Assembly (NCBI GenBank): GCA_964291395.2
Contig: OZ219858.1
Span: forward strand, 800,001-864,000
Length of the DNA stretch: 64,000 bases
Source: Alphaproteobacteria bacterium
GTDB taxonomy: Bacteria; Pseudomonadota; Alphaproteobacteria; UBA2966
Direction: 5' to 3'
A program made the position numbers and the translations under genes. Below the pieces are notes generated by a model. The model ran no database searches and was not told the DNA's origin. It saw nothing but the letters and a program-made list of their open reading frames with translations. This document shows, piece after piece, positions 38,199 to 49,904 of this stretch; the first letter of the stretch is position 1, and each line of letters starts with the position of its first letter.

Positions 38199-40247
38199 AT
38201 GCGCAACGCCCTCCACGCCGCTGCCAGCCCCTACCTCATCCAGCACAAGGACAATCCCGTGCACTGGCAGGTATGGGGACCTGAAGCTTTCGAAGAAGCG
38301 GCTCGGCACGACAAACCCATCCTCCTCAGCGTTGGGTATGCAGCGTGCCACTGGTGCCATGTCATGGCCCACGAAAGCTTCGAGAACGGCGACATCGCGG
38401 CACTCATGAACGAGTTATTCGTCAACATCAAGGTCGACCGGGAGGAACGCCCCGACGTCGACGCCATCTACCAGCAAACGTTGCAGCTTCTGGGCCAACA
38501 CGGCGGCTGGCCCCTGACCATGTTCCTCACGCCGCAGGGCGAGCCCTTCTGGGGTGGCACCTACTTTCCACCGGACTCCCGGTACGGACGGCCGGGATTT
38601 CCGGACGTCCTGCGGCAAATGCATGCGATCTACAAGAATCAGCGCGACAAGGTCACGGAGAACTCCGAGGCCATCAAGGCCGCCCTCGAAAAACTCTCCC
38701 AACCACCCGATGTCGATGGCCCCATTCAGTTGTCCACAGCGGTTCTCGACCAGGCCGCCACCCAATTCCTCCGCGCCCTCGATCCCGTCAACGGCGGCCT
38801 TGTCGGTGCCCCGAAATTTCCCCAGCCATCGATCTTCGATTTTCTTTGGCGAGCGCACATGCGCGGCGGCGAGAAGATCTTCGGACACTCCGTCTCGCTG
38901 ACCCTCGACCGCATGTGCCAGGGTGGCATCTACGATCACCTCGGCGGGGGATTCGCCCGCTATTCGACGGACGAGGTGTGGTTGGTGCCGCACTTCGAGA
39001 AGATGCTCTACGACAACGCGCAGTTGGTCGAGCTGATGACGCACGTCTGGCGCAAGACGGGCAACCCGCTCTACGCCGGCCGTATCCGTGAAACCGTCGA
39101 TTGGACGCTGCGTGAGATGCTGGCGGCTGGCGATGCGTTTGCCGCCTCACAGGACGCTGACTCGGAGGGCGAGGAAGGGCGGTACTACGTCTGGACCGAG
39201 CAGGAAATCGACTCGCTCCTCGACGATCCGTCCCTGTTCAAGAACATCTACGACGTCTCACCAGACGGCAATTGGGAAGGGCACAACATCCTCAACCGCT
39301 CTGCCCATCCCGACCCTCTCGACGACACGGCCGAGGCAAGCTTGGCGCGAGCGCGCAAAATCCTGTTCGACGTACGCGACAAGAGGATCAAGCCCGGATG
39401 GGATGACAAAGTCCTGGCCGACTGGAACGGCTTGATGATCTCGGCGCTCGCCGGCGCCGGCGGCGCACTCCGCGTGCCGGAATGGATCGCGGCGGCGGAA
39501 CGCGCCTTCGCCTTCGTCAACGACAACATGAGCGCAGATGACCGGCTCTTTCATTGCTTCCGCGCCGGTCGCGTGACCAAAGCAGGGTTCCTGGACGACT
39601 ACGCCAACATGTCGAAGGGCGCCCTTGCGTTGTTCGAGGTCACCGGCAACCCCCTCTACATAGAGCGCGCCCGCGCGTGGGCAGATACGGTCGAGACCTA
39701 CTATCTGGATACCAACAACGGCGGTTACTTCTTCACAGCCGACGATGCCGAAGCCCTGATCACCCGACCGCGAAACGCTGCCGACAATGCGACGCCAGCA
39801 GGAAACGGCGTCATGGCGAACGTTCTGGCCCGCCTTTATCACCTCACGGGAGATGACACGTATCGGCGGCGCGCCGAAGCCATCTGTCTGGCCTTCTCGG
39901 GAGAAATTCAACGGAATTTCATGGGCATCACGTCGCTGCTCAGCGGTTTCGAACTCCTGACGGCGGCCGTTCAGGTCTCTGTGATCGGAGAGCGCAAGAA
40001 CGACGAGACCCAAGCTCTAACCCAAACGTACTTCGAAAGTCCCGTGCCGACCGGTGTGCTGCAGGTGGTCGAACCAAGTGCCGACCTCCCGGAGAGTCAT
40101 CCGGCGTCCGGCAAAAGCCAGATCGACGGAAAAGCCACCGCCTATGTCTGTGTGGGAACTTCTTGCTCCCTGCCCATCACGGATCCCGTAAGCCTGCGCG
40201 CCGCCCTGGCCGATCCCGTCGGGGCATCGACCGCGGCGGCATCTTAG
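38199..40247 (+). CDS. YyaL/SSP411-like thioredoxin-domain protein
   Basis: [52 protein letters not shown]. Confidence 0.93.
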   Translation: MRNALHAAASPYLIQHKDNPVHWQVWGPEAFEEAARHDKPILLSVGYAACHWCHVMAHESFENGDIAALMNELFVNIKVDREERPDVDAIYQQTLQLLGQHGGWPLTMFLTPQGEPFWGGTYFPPDSRYGRPGFPDVLRQMHAIYKNQRDKVTENSEAIKAALEKLSQPPDVDGPIQLSTAVLDQAATQFLRALDPVNGGLVGAPKFPQPSIFDFLWRAHMRGGEKIFGHSVSLTLDRMCQGGIYDHLGGGFARYSTDEVWLVPHFEKMLYDNAQLVELMTHVWRKTGNPLYAGRIRETVDWTLREMLAAGDAFAASQDADSEGEEGRYYVWTEQEIDSLLDDPSLFKNIYDVSPDGNWEGHNILNRSAHPDPLDDTAEASLARARKILFDVRDKRIKPGWDDKVLADWNGLMISALAGAGGALRVPEWIAAAERAFAFVNDNMSADDRLFHCFRAGRVTKAGFLDDYANMSKGALALFEVTGNPLYIERARAWADTVETYYLDTNNGGYFFTADDAEALITRPRNAADNATPAGNGVMANVLARLYHLTGDDTYRRRAEAICLAFSGEIQRNFMGITSLLSGFELLTAAVQVSVIGERKNDETQALTQTYFESPVPTGVLQVVEPSADLPESHPASGKSQIDGKATAYVCVGTSCSLPITDPVSLRAALADPVGASTAAAS

Positions 40248-40324
40248 GACAAACTCCCGGCCGAACCAGTCAGGACGCCACTCTCGGCGAAGCCCGCAAC
40301 CTCCCAGCGAACAGGAAGGAACCC

Positions 40325-41299
40325 ATGGTCAAAGCGATTCGGATCAAGAAGACCGGTGGACCGGCGGTCATGAAATGGCAGGATATAGATCTCCCCGCCC
40401 CGGAGCGCGGAGAAGTCCAGATCAAGCACACTTACGTGGGGCTCAACTACATCGACTGCTATTTCCGCTCCGGCCTATACCCCTTGGATGGCTTCCCGGC
40501 AACCATCGGCATGGAAGGTGCCGGTGTCGTCGAAGCCGTCGGTCCCGGGGTCAGGAAGTTCGAAGAGGGCAATCGGGTCGCCTATGCGCCGACGCTGGGC
40601 GCCTATGCCCAGAAACGCAATATCCCGGCCGACAAGATTGTCAAGGTCCCCGGACAGGTCTCCGACAAAGAGGCGGCCGCGGTGATGTTGAAAGGGACGA
40701 CTACGGAGTACCTCATCCGCCGCACATACCGCGTGAAACGGGGCGATACCGTTCTCTTCCATGCGGCCGCGGGCGGGGTCGGTCTCATCGCCTGCCAGTG
40801 GTTGAAGCATTTGGGAGCGACGGTGATCGGCACCGTGGGTTCGGACGCCAAGGCGCGCCTCGCCAAGCGTCACGGCTGCGACCATCCGATCAATTACAAC
40901 AAGGAAGACTTCAAAGAGGCGGTGATGGACATCACCAACGGGGAGGGCGTCCCCGTCGTTTACGATTCGGTAGGTAAATCGACCTTCAGTGCGTCCCTTG
41001 ACTGCCTTCGCCCACGCGGCATCATGGTGCTGTTCGGGCAATCTTCCGGACCCGTACCGACGTTCAACCTGGCGGAGCTCGGCGCCAAGGGATCGCTCTA
41101 CGTCACCCGCCCGTCCTTGATGGTCTACAACGCGTCGCGGCGCGAATACGAAGCGAGTGCCAAAGCACTCTTCGACGTGGTCGGATCGGGTGCCGTCAAA
41201 ATCAAGGTCAACCAGACCTACCGCCTCAAGGATGCCGTCCGCGCGCACAAGGATCTGGAGGGACGCAAGACGACCGGCTCCACGGTATTTCGGGTCTAG
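40325..41299 (+). CDS. qor: Quinone oxidoreductase (zeta-crystallin type)
   Basis: [36 protein letters not shown]. Confidence 0.92.
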   Translation: MVKAIRIKKTGGPAVMKWQDIDLPAPERGEVQIKHTYVGLNYIDCYFRSGLYPLDGFPATIGMEGAGVVEAVGPGVRKFEEGNRVAYAPTLGAYAQKRNIPADKIVKVPGQVSDKEAAAVMLKGTTTEYLIRRTYRVKRGDTVLFHAAAGGVGLIACQWLKHLGATVIGTVGSDAKARLAKRHGCDHPINYNKEDFKEAVMDITNGEGVPVVYDSVGKSTFSASLDCLRPRGIMVLFGQSSGPVPTFNLAELGAKGSLYVTRPSLMVYNASRREYEASAKALFDVVGSGAVKIKVNQTYRLKDAVRAHKDLEGRKTTGSTVFRV

Positions 41300-42552
41300 G
41301 TATTCATCGAGTCGAAGAAGTCCGAATTGTTCTTCGTCGACTTGAGCTTCTCAAGCAGGAATTCCATGGCATCCGTAACGCCCATCGGCATCAGGATGCG
41401 CCGCAGCACCCACATCTTCGAGAGCGTCGCCTTGTCGACGAGCAGTTCTTCCTTGCGGGTGCCGGACTTCGTGATGTCCATCGCCGGCCACGTCCGCTTA
41501 TCGGAGAGCTTACGGTCGAGGAGGATCTCGGAGTTGCCCGTTCCCTTGAACTCCTCGAAGATGACCTCGTCCATTCGGCTCCCCGTATCGACCAGCGCGG
41601 TGGCGATGATGGTCAGAGAACCGCCCTGCTCGATGTTGCGGGCCGCGCCGAAGAACCGCTTCGGCCGCTGCAGGGCGTTGGCATCCACGCCGCCCGTCAA
41701 CACCTTGCCCGACGAGGGAACGACTGTGTTGTAGGCACGAGCCAGTCGGGTGATCGAGTCCAGCAGGATCACCACGTCCCGCTTGTGCTCTACCAAACGC
41801 TTGGCCTTGGCGATCACCATCTCCGTGACCTGCACATGCCGGGACGCCGGCTCGTCGAAGGTCGAACTGATGACCTCGCCGTCGACCGACCGCTGCATAT
41901 CCGTCACCTCCTCGGGCCGCTCGTCGATAAGAAGAACGATAAGATAGACCTCCGGATGGTTGGCCGTGACCGAGTGCGCGATGTTCTGCAGCATCATCGT
42001 CTTGCCCGTCCGGGGCGGTGCCACGATGAGTGCCCGCTGTCCCTTTCCCAACGGCGTGATCAGATCGATCACTCGTGAACTCAGATCCTGACCCGTGGGG
42101 TCGTCGATCTCCAGATTGAGCTTTTCTTCCGGATAGAGCGGCGTGAGATTGTCGAAATTGACTTTGTGCCGACTCTTCTCCGGAGCCTCGAAGTTGACTT
42201 CGTTAACCTTCAGCAGAGCGAAATAGCGCTCGCCGTCCTTCGGAGCTCTGATGGGCCCCGTCACCGTGTCTCCCGTCCGAAGGGCAAACCGCCGGATCTG
42301 GCTGGGTGAGACATAGATATCGTCAGGGCCAGGAAGATAATTGGCTTCAGGCGATCTCAAGAACCCAAAACCGTCTTGCAGGATCTCGAGCACTCCGCCG
42401 CCGGAAATCTCTTCGTTCTTGTCCGCAAGCTGCTTAAGGATCGCGAACATCATGTCCTGCGTCCGCATCGCGCTCGCGTTTTCGACTTCGAGCTCTTCCG
42501 CGAACGCAAGCAGATCGGTGGGCGACTTCTTTTTCAGCTCCTGGAGATGCAT
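41296..42552 (-). CDS. rho: Transcription termination factor Rho
   Basis: [33 protein letters not shown]. Confidence 0.98.
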   Translation of the reverse strand: MHLQELKKKSPTDLLAFAEELEVENASAMRTQDMMFAILKQLADKNEEISGGGVLEILQDGFGFLRSPEANYLPGPDDIYVSPSQIRRFALRTGDTVTGPIRAPKDGERYFALLKVNEVNFEAPEKSRHKVNFDNLTPLYPEEKLNLEIDDPTGQDLSSRVIDLITPLGKGQRALIVAPPRTGKTMMLQNIAHSVTANHPEVYLIVLLIDERPEEVTDMQRSVDGEVISSTFDEPASRHVQVTEMVIAKAKRLVEHKRDVVILLDSITRLARAYNTVVPSSGKVLTGGVDANALQRPKRFFGAARNIEQGGSLTIIATALVDTGSRMDEVIFEEFKGTGNSEILLDRKLSDKRTWPAMDITKSGTRKEELLVDKATLSKMWVLRRILMPMGVTDAMEFLLEKLKSTKNNSDFFDSMNT

Positions 42553-42773
42553 AGCCAGCCTACTTGGACTCGATAATCGGTGAATAAAGCTTCAGGTTCG
42601 ATGACAGGATACGCGCCAGTCGACGCGAAGACGGGGCGAAACCTGCTGCTGTCGTGAGAGACTCGGGGCGGGAGCGGACTTCCTAAACATCCCGCTGAAG
42701 ATCAGCCTCGATAGGGTTACTCAAACAGATATGGAAGTCAAACGAAGATTTTGCAAGGTTAGTCCTTAAAACT

Positions 42774-43220
42774 TCATGTCGGTTTGACGACGACAACTAT
42801 GACAATCGCGACCAGAAGTACTGTCGGCACCTCGTTCATCGCGCGGTAAAAGTTCCGTGAGTGACGGTTCGCATCATTGGCGAAATGTCTCCGCCACCTG
42901 GCAAAGAACCCATGAATGGCCGCCATGGCAAAGACCAATGCGGTCTTCAACCAGGGCCAAGTATCGGACCAATCGACAACTCCCGGGGTCACGACGAGCA
43001 GGATGCCGAACAAGAAAGCGGCGAACATCGCCGGGTTTATGATGCCCCGCAGCAACCTCCGCTCCATCACCTTGAAGGTCTCGGACTGCACCGAGCCCGG
43101 TTCCGCATCACAGTGATAGACGTAAAGGCGCGGCAGGTAGAGCGTGCCCGCCATCCACGCGATCACCGAAATAATGTGGAGGGCCTTGATCCACAAGTAA
43201 GCATCTACGAGCCAAGTCAC
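42774..43220 (-). CDS. hemJ: Protoporphyrinogen oxidase HemJ
   Basis: KALHIISVIAWMAG, YLPRLYVYH, MERRL, NEVPT. Confidence 0.95.
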   Translation of the reverse strand: MTWLVDAYLWIKALHIISVIAWMAGTLYLPRLYVYHCDAEPGSVQSETFKVMERRLLRGIINPAMFAAFLFGILLVVTPGVVDWSDTWPWLKTALVFAMAAIHGFFARWRRHFANDANRHSRNFYRAMNEVPTVLLVAIVIVVVVKPT

Positions 43221-43235
43221 GCGCCGACCCTCCTG

Positions 43236-44276
43236 CTAGTCCCCAAGCATGGCGCAACAAGCAAAAACATCGGGGCATTGGCGACCGCCGGTTGATGACC
43301 GTGCCGTGCCGAAGCTCCCTCGTTGTTCGGTGACGAACGCGGCCAGCCCTTCGATGAACCTCGGGTGCGTCCGAACCGTTCCAGCCCGTTCATAAGCCGA
43401 CACGCCGGCGGCCTCGGCGATCCGACGATACCGGATATCAAGCTCCACGAGAGTTTCCGAATGCTCGGAGACGAAGGCAATGGGGACGACGACCACAGGC
43501 AGGCCCTCGGCGCCGGCCCTCGTGATTTCCTCCTCCGTTTCCGGTCCGATCCACTTCAAGGGCCCGACACGGCTCTGATAACAGACGACCCAGGAACTGG
43601 CATCGAGATTCGATTTATCAGCTACCGCCTCCGCCGTCCGTTCGACCTGCCATTGATAAGGATCTCCGTCAGAGACGACCCTTCGAGGCAGGCCATGCGC
43701 CGAGAACAGGACGCGCGGCTTCCGTCCGCCGCTCACCGAGGCACAGCGCGACATTGCCTTCGAGAGGATTTCCGCCTGAGCCGAGACAAAGGACTCATCG
43801 GTCGGATAACAACACACGGCGGTCGTAGGCAGGTCGATCCCCGCGGTCCTCGCCGCCCGTCGCCAGGCGCTCAGCGACGACGCCGTCGTCGTCGTCGAGA
43901 ATTGAGGATAAAGGGGCAGCAGACATATCCGATCGGGTGCGTAGCGTGCGACATTGCGCGCGGCCTCTTCGCTGAAGGGATGCCAATAGCGCATCGCGAT
44001 GAAGACACGGTACTCCCCACGCTCATCGAGAACGTTCTGTAACGCTTCCGCTTGCGCCCGGGTTTCGTCGAGAATCGGAGATGCCCCGCCCAGTTCGGCG
44101 TAGATCCGGGTCGCCTTCAGTGTCCTACGCTTCGCAATCCACCAGGCGAGTAAAGATCGCAGCGGATCTGGTACCCGCAAAATCGCCGGGTCTCTGAAGA
44201 GGTTGGCCAGGAAAGGACGTACGGCCGCTGGACCGTCCGGGCCACCCAAATTGAACAAAACCACCGCCGTCTTCAA
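43236..44276 (-). CDS. hemH: Ferrochelatase
   Basis: NLGGP, MRYWHP, PLYPQFS, FSAHGLP, YQSRVGP, EHSETLVELD. Confidence 0.95.
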   Translation of the reverse strand: MKTAVVLFNLGGPDGPAAVRPFLANLFRDPAILRVPDPLRSLLAWWIAKRRTLKATRIYAELGGASPILDETRAQAEALQNVLDERGEYRVFIAMRYWHPFSEEAARNVARYAPDRICLLPLYPQFSTTTTASSLSAWRRAARTAGIDLPTTAVCCYPTDESFVSAQAEILSKAMSRCASVSGGRKPRVLFSAHGLPRRVVSDGDPYQWQVERTAEAVADKSNLDASSWVVCYQSRVGPLKWIGPETEEEITRAGAEGLPVVVVPIAFVSEHSETLVELDIRYRRIAEAAGVSAYERAGTVRTHPRFIEGLAAFVTEQRGSFGTARSSTGGRQCPDVFACCAMLGD

Positions 44277-45337
44277 AACGAGCGCACCGCCGCCACCAAA
44301 GCGGAGACGTTTTCGGGCGGTGTCGTCCTCAAAATACCATGCCCCAAGTTGAAAACGAACGGTCCTTTCCCGAGAACAGAAACGATTTCCCGAGAGGCCG
44401 AGACCATTGCGTCCCCTCCCACCAGCAAGGAGACGGGGTCAAGATTCCCTTGTACGGCACAAATGCTCTGCAGGTCGCTCGCCGCCCAAAGCAGCGGGAC
44501 CGAGCTGTCGATACTGACCGCGTCGACACCCGTCGCCTTCGCATAGGTCGCGTACCCGACCCCGGCGCCGCGCGGAAACCCTATGATAGGGGTTTCGGGA
44601 TGTTGCCGACGGACGCGCGAGACGATCTCCTTCACCGGCTCCACGCACCAACGAATGAACTGAGCTTCCGGCAAGACACCCGCCCAGGTATCGAAGATCT
44701 GCAAGACATCGGCACCAGCGTTGACCTGAGCGATAAGGTGTTCGGACGTCGCGTCGACAAGGATATCGACGAGTTCCTGAAATCGGGTTTCACCAGAAAA
44801 CGCCCAGCCTTTCACAGCAGAGAAATCACGGCTGCTTCCTCCTTCAACCATATAAGTCGCGACAGTCCAGGGGGCTCCGGCAAACCCGATCAGCGAAACC
44901 TGGTTGGGCAACGCGGAAGAAACCCGTTCCAATGCGACATACGCAGGTGACAGATGCTCGTGAAGGCGGGTTTTGTCGAGGCTCTCCAACTGCTCTCTTG
45001 TGCGGATGGCATCCAGAACCGGGCCTTCCCCTTCTTCGAACCTCACACCCTGTCCCAGGGCATAAGGAATTACCAGGATGTCCGAAAATATGATCGCGGC
45101 ATCCAGCCCGAACCGCCGGACGGGCTGGAGCGTCACTTCGGCCGCGAGATCCGGAGTGCAGCAGAGCGTAAGGAAATCTCCGGCCGACTTCCTGACCTCC
45201 CGATATTCAGGCAGATACCGACCTGCTTGCCGCATCAACCAGATGGGCGGTGGTGAAACGGTCTCACCGCCGACCGCCCTCACGAGTGGTTTGCTCCAGC
45301 CTTTGGCACGCGCGTTCGGATGAACCACCGTGTTCAC
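44273..45337 (-). CDS. hemE: Uroporphyrinogen decarboxylase
   Basis: WLMRQAGRYLPEY, FSDIL, GFAGAPWT, FNLGHG. Confidence 0.96.
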   Translation of the reverse strand: MNTVVHPNARAKGWSKPLVRAVGGETVSPPPIWLMRQAGRYLPEYREVRKSAGDFLTLCCTPDLAAEVTLQPVRRFGLDAAIIFSDILVIPYALGQGVRFEEGEGPVLDAIRTREQLESLDKTRLHEHLSPAYVALERVSSALPNQVSLIGFAGAPWTVATYMVEGGSSRDFSAVKGWAFSGETRFQELVDILVDATSEHLIAQVNAGADVLQIFDTWAGVLPEAQFIRWCVEPVKEIVSRVRRQHPETPIIGFPRGAGVGYATYAKATGVDAVSIDSSVPLLWAASDLQSICAVQGNLDPVSLLVGGDAMVSASREIVSVLGKGPFVFNLGHGILRTTPPENVSALVAAVRSF

Positions 45338-45743
45338 GTATGTCCAGTGAGCAACATATAACTACTTATATAATAGAAATATGTAGTTGTGATTGTACCG
45401 TGACCTACGGGGATTCTTTTTGCTTCACAGTTTATTCAATGTCAGCTTCGGGGCCCAATTCACCACGATAGATTCTGTGTAAGCTTGCTGGCCAATTTAC
45501 GAGAGCCTCGGAATGCATACCGGTAATCGATGAATGAAATACGGTGATAACATGGGCATGGCTTGCGGCCCGATGGATTATTCACGTAGTCGAATGCGTG
45601 CGGGAGGCTTTACTCACAGTCTGATGGATCGCGAAGAGAATCCGAATGTTCGTGGATCGATTCGCCGGTAGATCAACCTCGCGTAGTTATCCAGAGTTCT
45701 GGAGCCGATTATCCCCGGAGAGTCGCATGCATCAGGAGTTTTT
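45338..45743. other. Probable chromosomal origin oriC
   Basis: hemE/ppsR intergenic position typical of alphaproteobacterial origins. AT-rich tract 45352-45396; DnaA-box-like 9-mers at 45578, 45610, 45687 and 45709; five GANTC sites; parS and parAB nearby. Confidence 0.75.
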
Positions 45744-46556
45744 GTGAAAAAGTTTCATCTGCACCTGGTATCCGACGCAACCGGTGAGACGCTCATCGGC
45801 TTGACCCAGGCCGTGATCGCGCAGTTTGATGCCGCGCAGCCGACGCAGCATCTGTGGGCGTTGGTCAGAAGCACCGAACAGGTCGACAAGGTTTTGGCAG
45901 AGGTAGACGCCAATCCGGGGATTGTCCTGTTTACGCTGGTTGACGTCCAAGTGCGGGATGCTCTGACCAGGGGCTGTCGGAAGCTTCAAGTGCCGTGCAT
46001 TCCGGTCCTGGAACCGCTATTTGCGGCGTTCAGTCAGTTCCTCGGCCAGCAACCTCAGCACCTGCCGGGTATTCAGCACGCGCTCGATTCGACCTACTTT
46101 GATCGTATTGAAGCTATGGGCTTCTGTCTCGCGCACGACGACGGACAATCTCTTGAGACGTTGCGGGATGCGGATATCGTTCTGGTTGGCGTTTCACGCA
46201 CCTCCAAGACACCCACGTCGGTGTATCTGGCCAACCGAGGATTGAAGGTCGCCAACGTTCCCTTGGTCCCCGGCTTTCCGGAACCCCAGGAACTCGTCGC
46301 GCTCGATGGACCCGCTGTCATCGGCTTGACGACCAATCCTGATCGTCTTGTTCAGCTGCGTCTGAACCGGCTTTCAGTACTCAATCAGGACGGAGAGACG
46401 GACTATGTCGCGATGGACTCGATTCGAGAGGAGGTGGCACGGGCGCGGAGGGTCTTTGCGCGTTACGACTGGCCGGTTATCGACGTGACGCGAAGGTCCA
46501 TAGAGGAAACGGCGGCTGCAATCCTGAACATCTACAACGAGCGACAGTCGGCGTGA
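45744..46556 (+). CDS. ppsR: PPDK/PEP synthase regulatory kinase-pyrophosphorylase (DUF299)
   Basis: VSDATGET, HDDG, VGVSRTSKTP, DVTRRSIEETA. Confidence 0.94.
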   Translation: MKKFHLHLVSDATGETLIGLTQAVIAQFDAAQPTQHLWALVRSTEQVDKVLAEVDANPGIVLFTLVDVQVRDALTRGCRKLQVPCIPVLEPLFAAFSQFLGQQPQHLPGIQHALDSTYFDRIEAMGFCLAHDDGQSLETLRDADIVLVGVSRTSKTPTSVYLANRGLKVANVPLVPGFPEPQELVALDGPAVIGLTTNPDRLVQLRLNRLSVLNQDGETDYVAMDSIREEVARARRVFARYDWPVIDVTRRSIEETAAAILNIYNERQSA

Positions 46557-47158
46557 GCAAGTCCGGTGTCCTCGTGCTTGCAAGCGCAAGCCCTGTCAGA
46601 AGTTGGGTTCTCAGGAATGCGGGTCTCACCTTCGAGGTCGATGCCGCGGAGATCGATGAATCAGAAATCAAGAAGGACTGTCATGCGGCAGCTATGACTG
46701 CAGAAGACGTCGCGACCACAATTGCTGAAGCCAAGGCGTTAGCTGTGTCGCGACGCCGGCCAGACGCCTGGGTGATCGGGGCTGATCAGGTTTTGGTGTT
46801 CGAAGGGACCATCTTCGACAAACCCATGGATGTCGAGGAAGCCGTGTCCCATTTGCGCCGGTTTCGAGGCCGTTCGCACGACCTCGTCAGCGCGGTCTGT
46901 GTCGCGTTCGGGAGCCGGTCACGGTGGTTGTATTCGGAGGCCGTTACGTTGCATGTCCGGGACTTCTCGAACGCGTTTCTCGACACGTACATCGCCGACG
47001 CGGGCGAGGGCATTCTCGCCTCGGTCGGCGCATATCGACTCGAAGGGTTGGGCGCGCAGTTGTTCTCCAGAATCGAAGGGGATTATTTCGCCGTGTTGGG
47101 ACTTCCGCTCCTGCCGCTGCTCAACTTCCTGCGTGACAGAGAGGTGATCGCGACGTGA
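46553..47158 (+). CDS. maf: Maf family nucleotide pyrophosphatase
   Basis: LASASP, IGADQ, DKP, GAYRLEG, LGLPL. Confidence 0.93.
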   Translation: MSKSGVLVLASASPVRSWVLRNAGLTFEVDAAEIDESEIKKDCHAAAMTAEDVATTIAEAKALAVSRRRPDAWVIGADQVLVFEGTIFDKPMDVEEAVSHLRRFRGRSHDLVSAVCVAFGSRSRWLYSEAVTLHVRDFSNAFLDTYIADAGEGILASVGAYRLEGLGAQLFSRIEGDYFAVLGLPLLPLLNFLRDREVIAT

Positions 47159-48015
47159 GAAATTCGGCTGCGGGGCGGATAGCCGGTATTTTCGGCTGGC
47201 CCGTCGCACACTCACGGTCACCGCTCCTGCATGGATTTTGGTTGGATTTCTACGGCATCGACGGCGCCTACGTGCCGCTCGCCGTCGCTCCCGAGCACTT
47301 CCATCAGGCGCTCCGTACCCTGCCGCGGCTAGGGTTCGTCGGCGCCAATGTCACCGTCCCGCATAAGGAGGCGGCACTGGAAGCCGTGGATGACGCCGAT
47401 GAACTGGCTCAGCGGGTCGGGGCCGTAAACACTGTCGTAGTTCGCGAAGATGGCAGCCTTCATGGATCCAATACCGACGCATTCGGGTTCATTGAGAACC
47501 TTCGCGAATTCGTGCCGGATTGGACGGCAGGCAGCGGTCCAGCGGTTGTCGTTGGCGCTGGCGGCGCCGCGCGGGCCATCGCGTTCGCGCTCGTCGACGC
47601 CGGCGCGCCCGAAATCAGAATCGTCAACCGGACGTCCGCGCGGGCCGACGCCTTGGCCGACGAGTTGGGCCCTGCGGCGAGGACCTGGCCATGGATCGAC
47701 CGTGCCGGATCGTTGAACGAAGCCGGATTACTGGTCAACACCACGAAGCTCGGTATGCAGGGCGAAGCGTCCCTCGACCTGCCGCTCGACGCCCTGCCTC
47801 TGGAAGCCGTCGTCACGGATGCCGTCTACGTACCCTTGGAGACCGCTCTTCTCGCCGAGGCGGCAGAGCGCGGCAATCGCGTCGTTGACGGGTTGGGGAT
47901 GCTGCTGCACCAGGCACGCCCGGGATTCGAAGTCTGGTTTGGGGTGACGCCAGTGGTCACGGAAGAGCTGCGTGCCTATGTTGAAGCGGATCTGAAAGGC
48001 TTGCCGCGAACGTGA
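47155..48015 (+). CDS. aroE: Shikimate dehydrogenase
   Basis: HSRSP, NVTVPHK, GAVNT, NTD, GAGGAARA, DGLGMLLHQA. Confidence 0.96.
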   Translation: MRNSAAGRIAGIFGWPVAHSRSPLLHGFWLDFYGIDGAYVPLAVAPEHFHQALRTLPRLGFVGANVTVPHKEAALEAVDDADELAQRVGAVNTVVVREDGSLHGSNTDAFGFIENLREFVPDWTAGSGPAVVVGAGGAARAIAFALVDAGAPEIRIVNRTSARADALADELGPAARTWPWIDRAGSLNEAGLLVNTTKLGMQGEASLDLPLDALPLEAVVTDAVYVPLETALLAEAAERGNRVVDGLGMLLHQARPGFEVWFGVTPVVTEELRAYVEADLKGLPRT

Positions 48016-48653
48016 TCATACTCGGCCTCACCGGTTCGATCGGCATGGGTAAGACCACCGCCGCCAACGCGTTCCGCCAGATCGGGGTCCCCGTGTTCGA
48101 CGCGGACGCGGAAGTTCATCGTCTGCTGGGCAAAGGCGGTGCGGCTGTGGCAGAGGTGGAGACCGCGTTCTCGGATGTCGTTTGTGGCGGTGCCGTCGAC
48201 CGCGACGCGTTGGGTCGGCGGGTGTTCGGCGATACAGACGCCCTGAGAAAGCTCGAAGGTATACTCCATCCGAAAGTCAGAGCATCGCGGGCCCGGTTCA
48301 TCCGCTTGGCCGAGTCCCGTGGCGAGAGCTTGGTCCTGCTCGACATTCCGTTGTTGTTCGAAACCGCCGGCGAGGCGGAGTGCGACTTTACCTGTGTGGT
48401 GAGTGCCCCACATTTCGTGCAGTCGGACCGTGTGATGAGGCGTCCCGGGATGACACTGGAAAAACTTGCGGGCGTATTGGCGCGCCAGATGCCGGATGCC
48501 GAGAAGCGGAGACAGGCCGACTTTGTCATTCCGACCGGGAACGGAAGGCGCTACTCCTTGCAGCGGATCAAGTCCATTGTCACAATGCTGCGCCGGAGCG
48601 CCAAAGGCAAACGTGCACGGCCGCCAACCCGGTACGGATCAAATTCTTCGTAG
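48012..48653 (+). CDS. coaE: Dephospho-CoA kinase
   Basis: GLTGSIGMGKTT, DAD, LHP, DIPLLFE. Confidence 0.96.
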   Translation: MIILGLTGSIGMGKTTAANAFRQIGVPVFDADAEVHRLLGKGGAAVAEVETAFSDVVCGGAVDRDALGRRVFGDTDALRKLEGILHPKVRASRARFIRLAESRGESLVLLDIPLLFETAGEAECDFTCVVSAPHFVQSDRVMRRPGMTLEKLAGVLARQMPDAEKRRQADFVIPTGNGRRYSLQRIKSIVTMLRRSAKGKRARPPTRYGSNSS

Positions 48654-48672
48654 CGCCGCCTCGCTCAAGTGA

Positions 48673-49338
48673 ATGCGTGAAATCGTCGTCGACACCGAAA
48701 CCACGGGATTGAGCCCTGCGGCCGGACACCGTGTCATCGAGATCGGTTGCCTCGAGCTCGTCAATCATGTGCCCACGGGCTCAATATTCCATGAGTACCT
48801 GAATCCCGAACGGAGCGTGCCGGAAGAAGCCGTGCAAATCCACGGTCTCACGGACGAATTCGTGGCAACAAAGCCGTTATTCGAGTCGGTCGCCGATGCC
48901 TTCCTGGAATTCGTGGCCGAGTCACGGTTGATCATTCACAATGCCGAATTCGATCTCGGCTTCTTGAATGCCGAACTGGCGCGCGCGGGTCGCGGCACCT
49001 TGCGGAACAGCGTGGTCGACACCGTGGCCCTGGCGCGCAAGAAGTATCCCGGTGGGCAAGCCAACCTGGACGCGTTATGCCGGCGCTTCAATATCGACAA
49101 TTCGGAACGGACGAAGCACGGAGCTCTGTTGGATGCCGAACTGCTCGCGGAAGTGTACCTGGAATTGATCGGTGGGCGGCAACCAGGTTTGACATTTGGG
49201 ACCCGCGCGACCGTCATAGAGGATGTCGGCAGTGCCACGTTGGAGCGGGTGCCTCGCCGCCACGAGCCGACGGAAGGGGAACTCGCTGCTCACGAGGCAT
49301 TCGTGGATACGCTGGTAAACCCGATCTGGCGCAGATAG
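48673..49338 (+). CDS. dnaQ: DNA polymerase III epsilon subunit
   Basis: DTETTG, HNAEFD, HGALLDAELLAEVY. Confidence 0.96.
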   Translation: MREIVVDTETTGLSPAAGHRVIEIGCLELVNHVPTGSIFHEYLNPERSVPEEAVQIHGLTDEFVATKPLFESVADAFLEFVAESRLIIHNAEFDLGFLNAELARAGRGTLRNSVVDTVALARKKYPGGQANLDALCRRFNIDNSERTKHGALLDAELLAEVYLELIGGRQPGLTFGTRATVIEDVGSATLERVPRRHEPTEGELAAHEAFVDTLVNPIWRR

Positions 49339-49374
49339 TCCGTCGAACAGGGCACCGCCCGCATCCCGCATCCG

Positions 49375-49869
49375 TCACTCAGGAACGGTGGCGGCCATGT
49401 TGGGGTCTGCTTCGGAGACGTCCCGCTTGGCCCGGTGTTGACGGTAGAGCTCGGAAAAATTGATCGGATCCAGCAACAGGGGTGCGAAACCCCCGTCACG
49501 AGTCGTCTCGGCGATGACGCGCCGGGCGAACGGGAACATAATCCGGGGGCACTCGATCATGCATGCGGACTCGAGTCGTTCGGGCGGGAAGTTCTGAATC
49601 AGAAACACGCCTGAGTACTGAAGCTCGACAACGAACAATGTGCTGCCGTCACGGGACGCATTCGCCGTAATTCTGAGGCCTACTTCGTAGTTGGAGTTTC
49701 CGAGAGACCGCGCGTCGACGTCGACGTCGACGTTGATGACCGGTTGGCTTCGTTCCGATCGTAGACTGCTTGGGGCGTTGGGATTCTCGAACGAGAGATC
49801 CTTGACGTACTGCGCCCTGATACTCAGCCGCGGCGCCGCCCGCGTACTGCCGTCAGCGGCATCCGACAT
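49375..49869 (-). CDS. secB: Protein export chaperone SecB
   Basis: QYVKDLSFENPNAP, CPRIMFPFARR, GGFAPLLLDPINF. Confidence 0.95.
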   Translation of the reverse strand: MSDAADGSTRAAPRLSIRAQYVKDLSFENPNAPSSLRSERSQPVINVDVDVDARSLGNSNYEVGLRITANASRDGSTLFVVELQYSGVFLIQNFPPERLESACMIECPRIMFPFARRVIAETTRDGGFAPLLLDPINFSELYRQHRAKRDVSEADPNMAATVPE

Positions 49870-49904
49870 GCTGCGTTCCCTGGCGTTGGACCTTGTTGTA
49901 CCAC

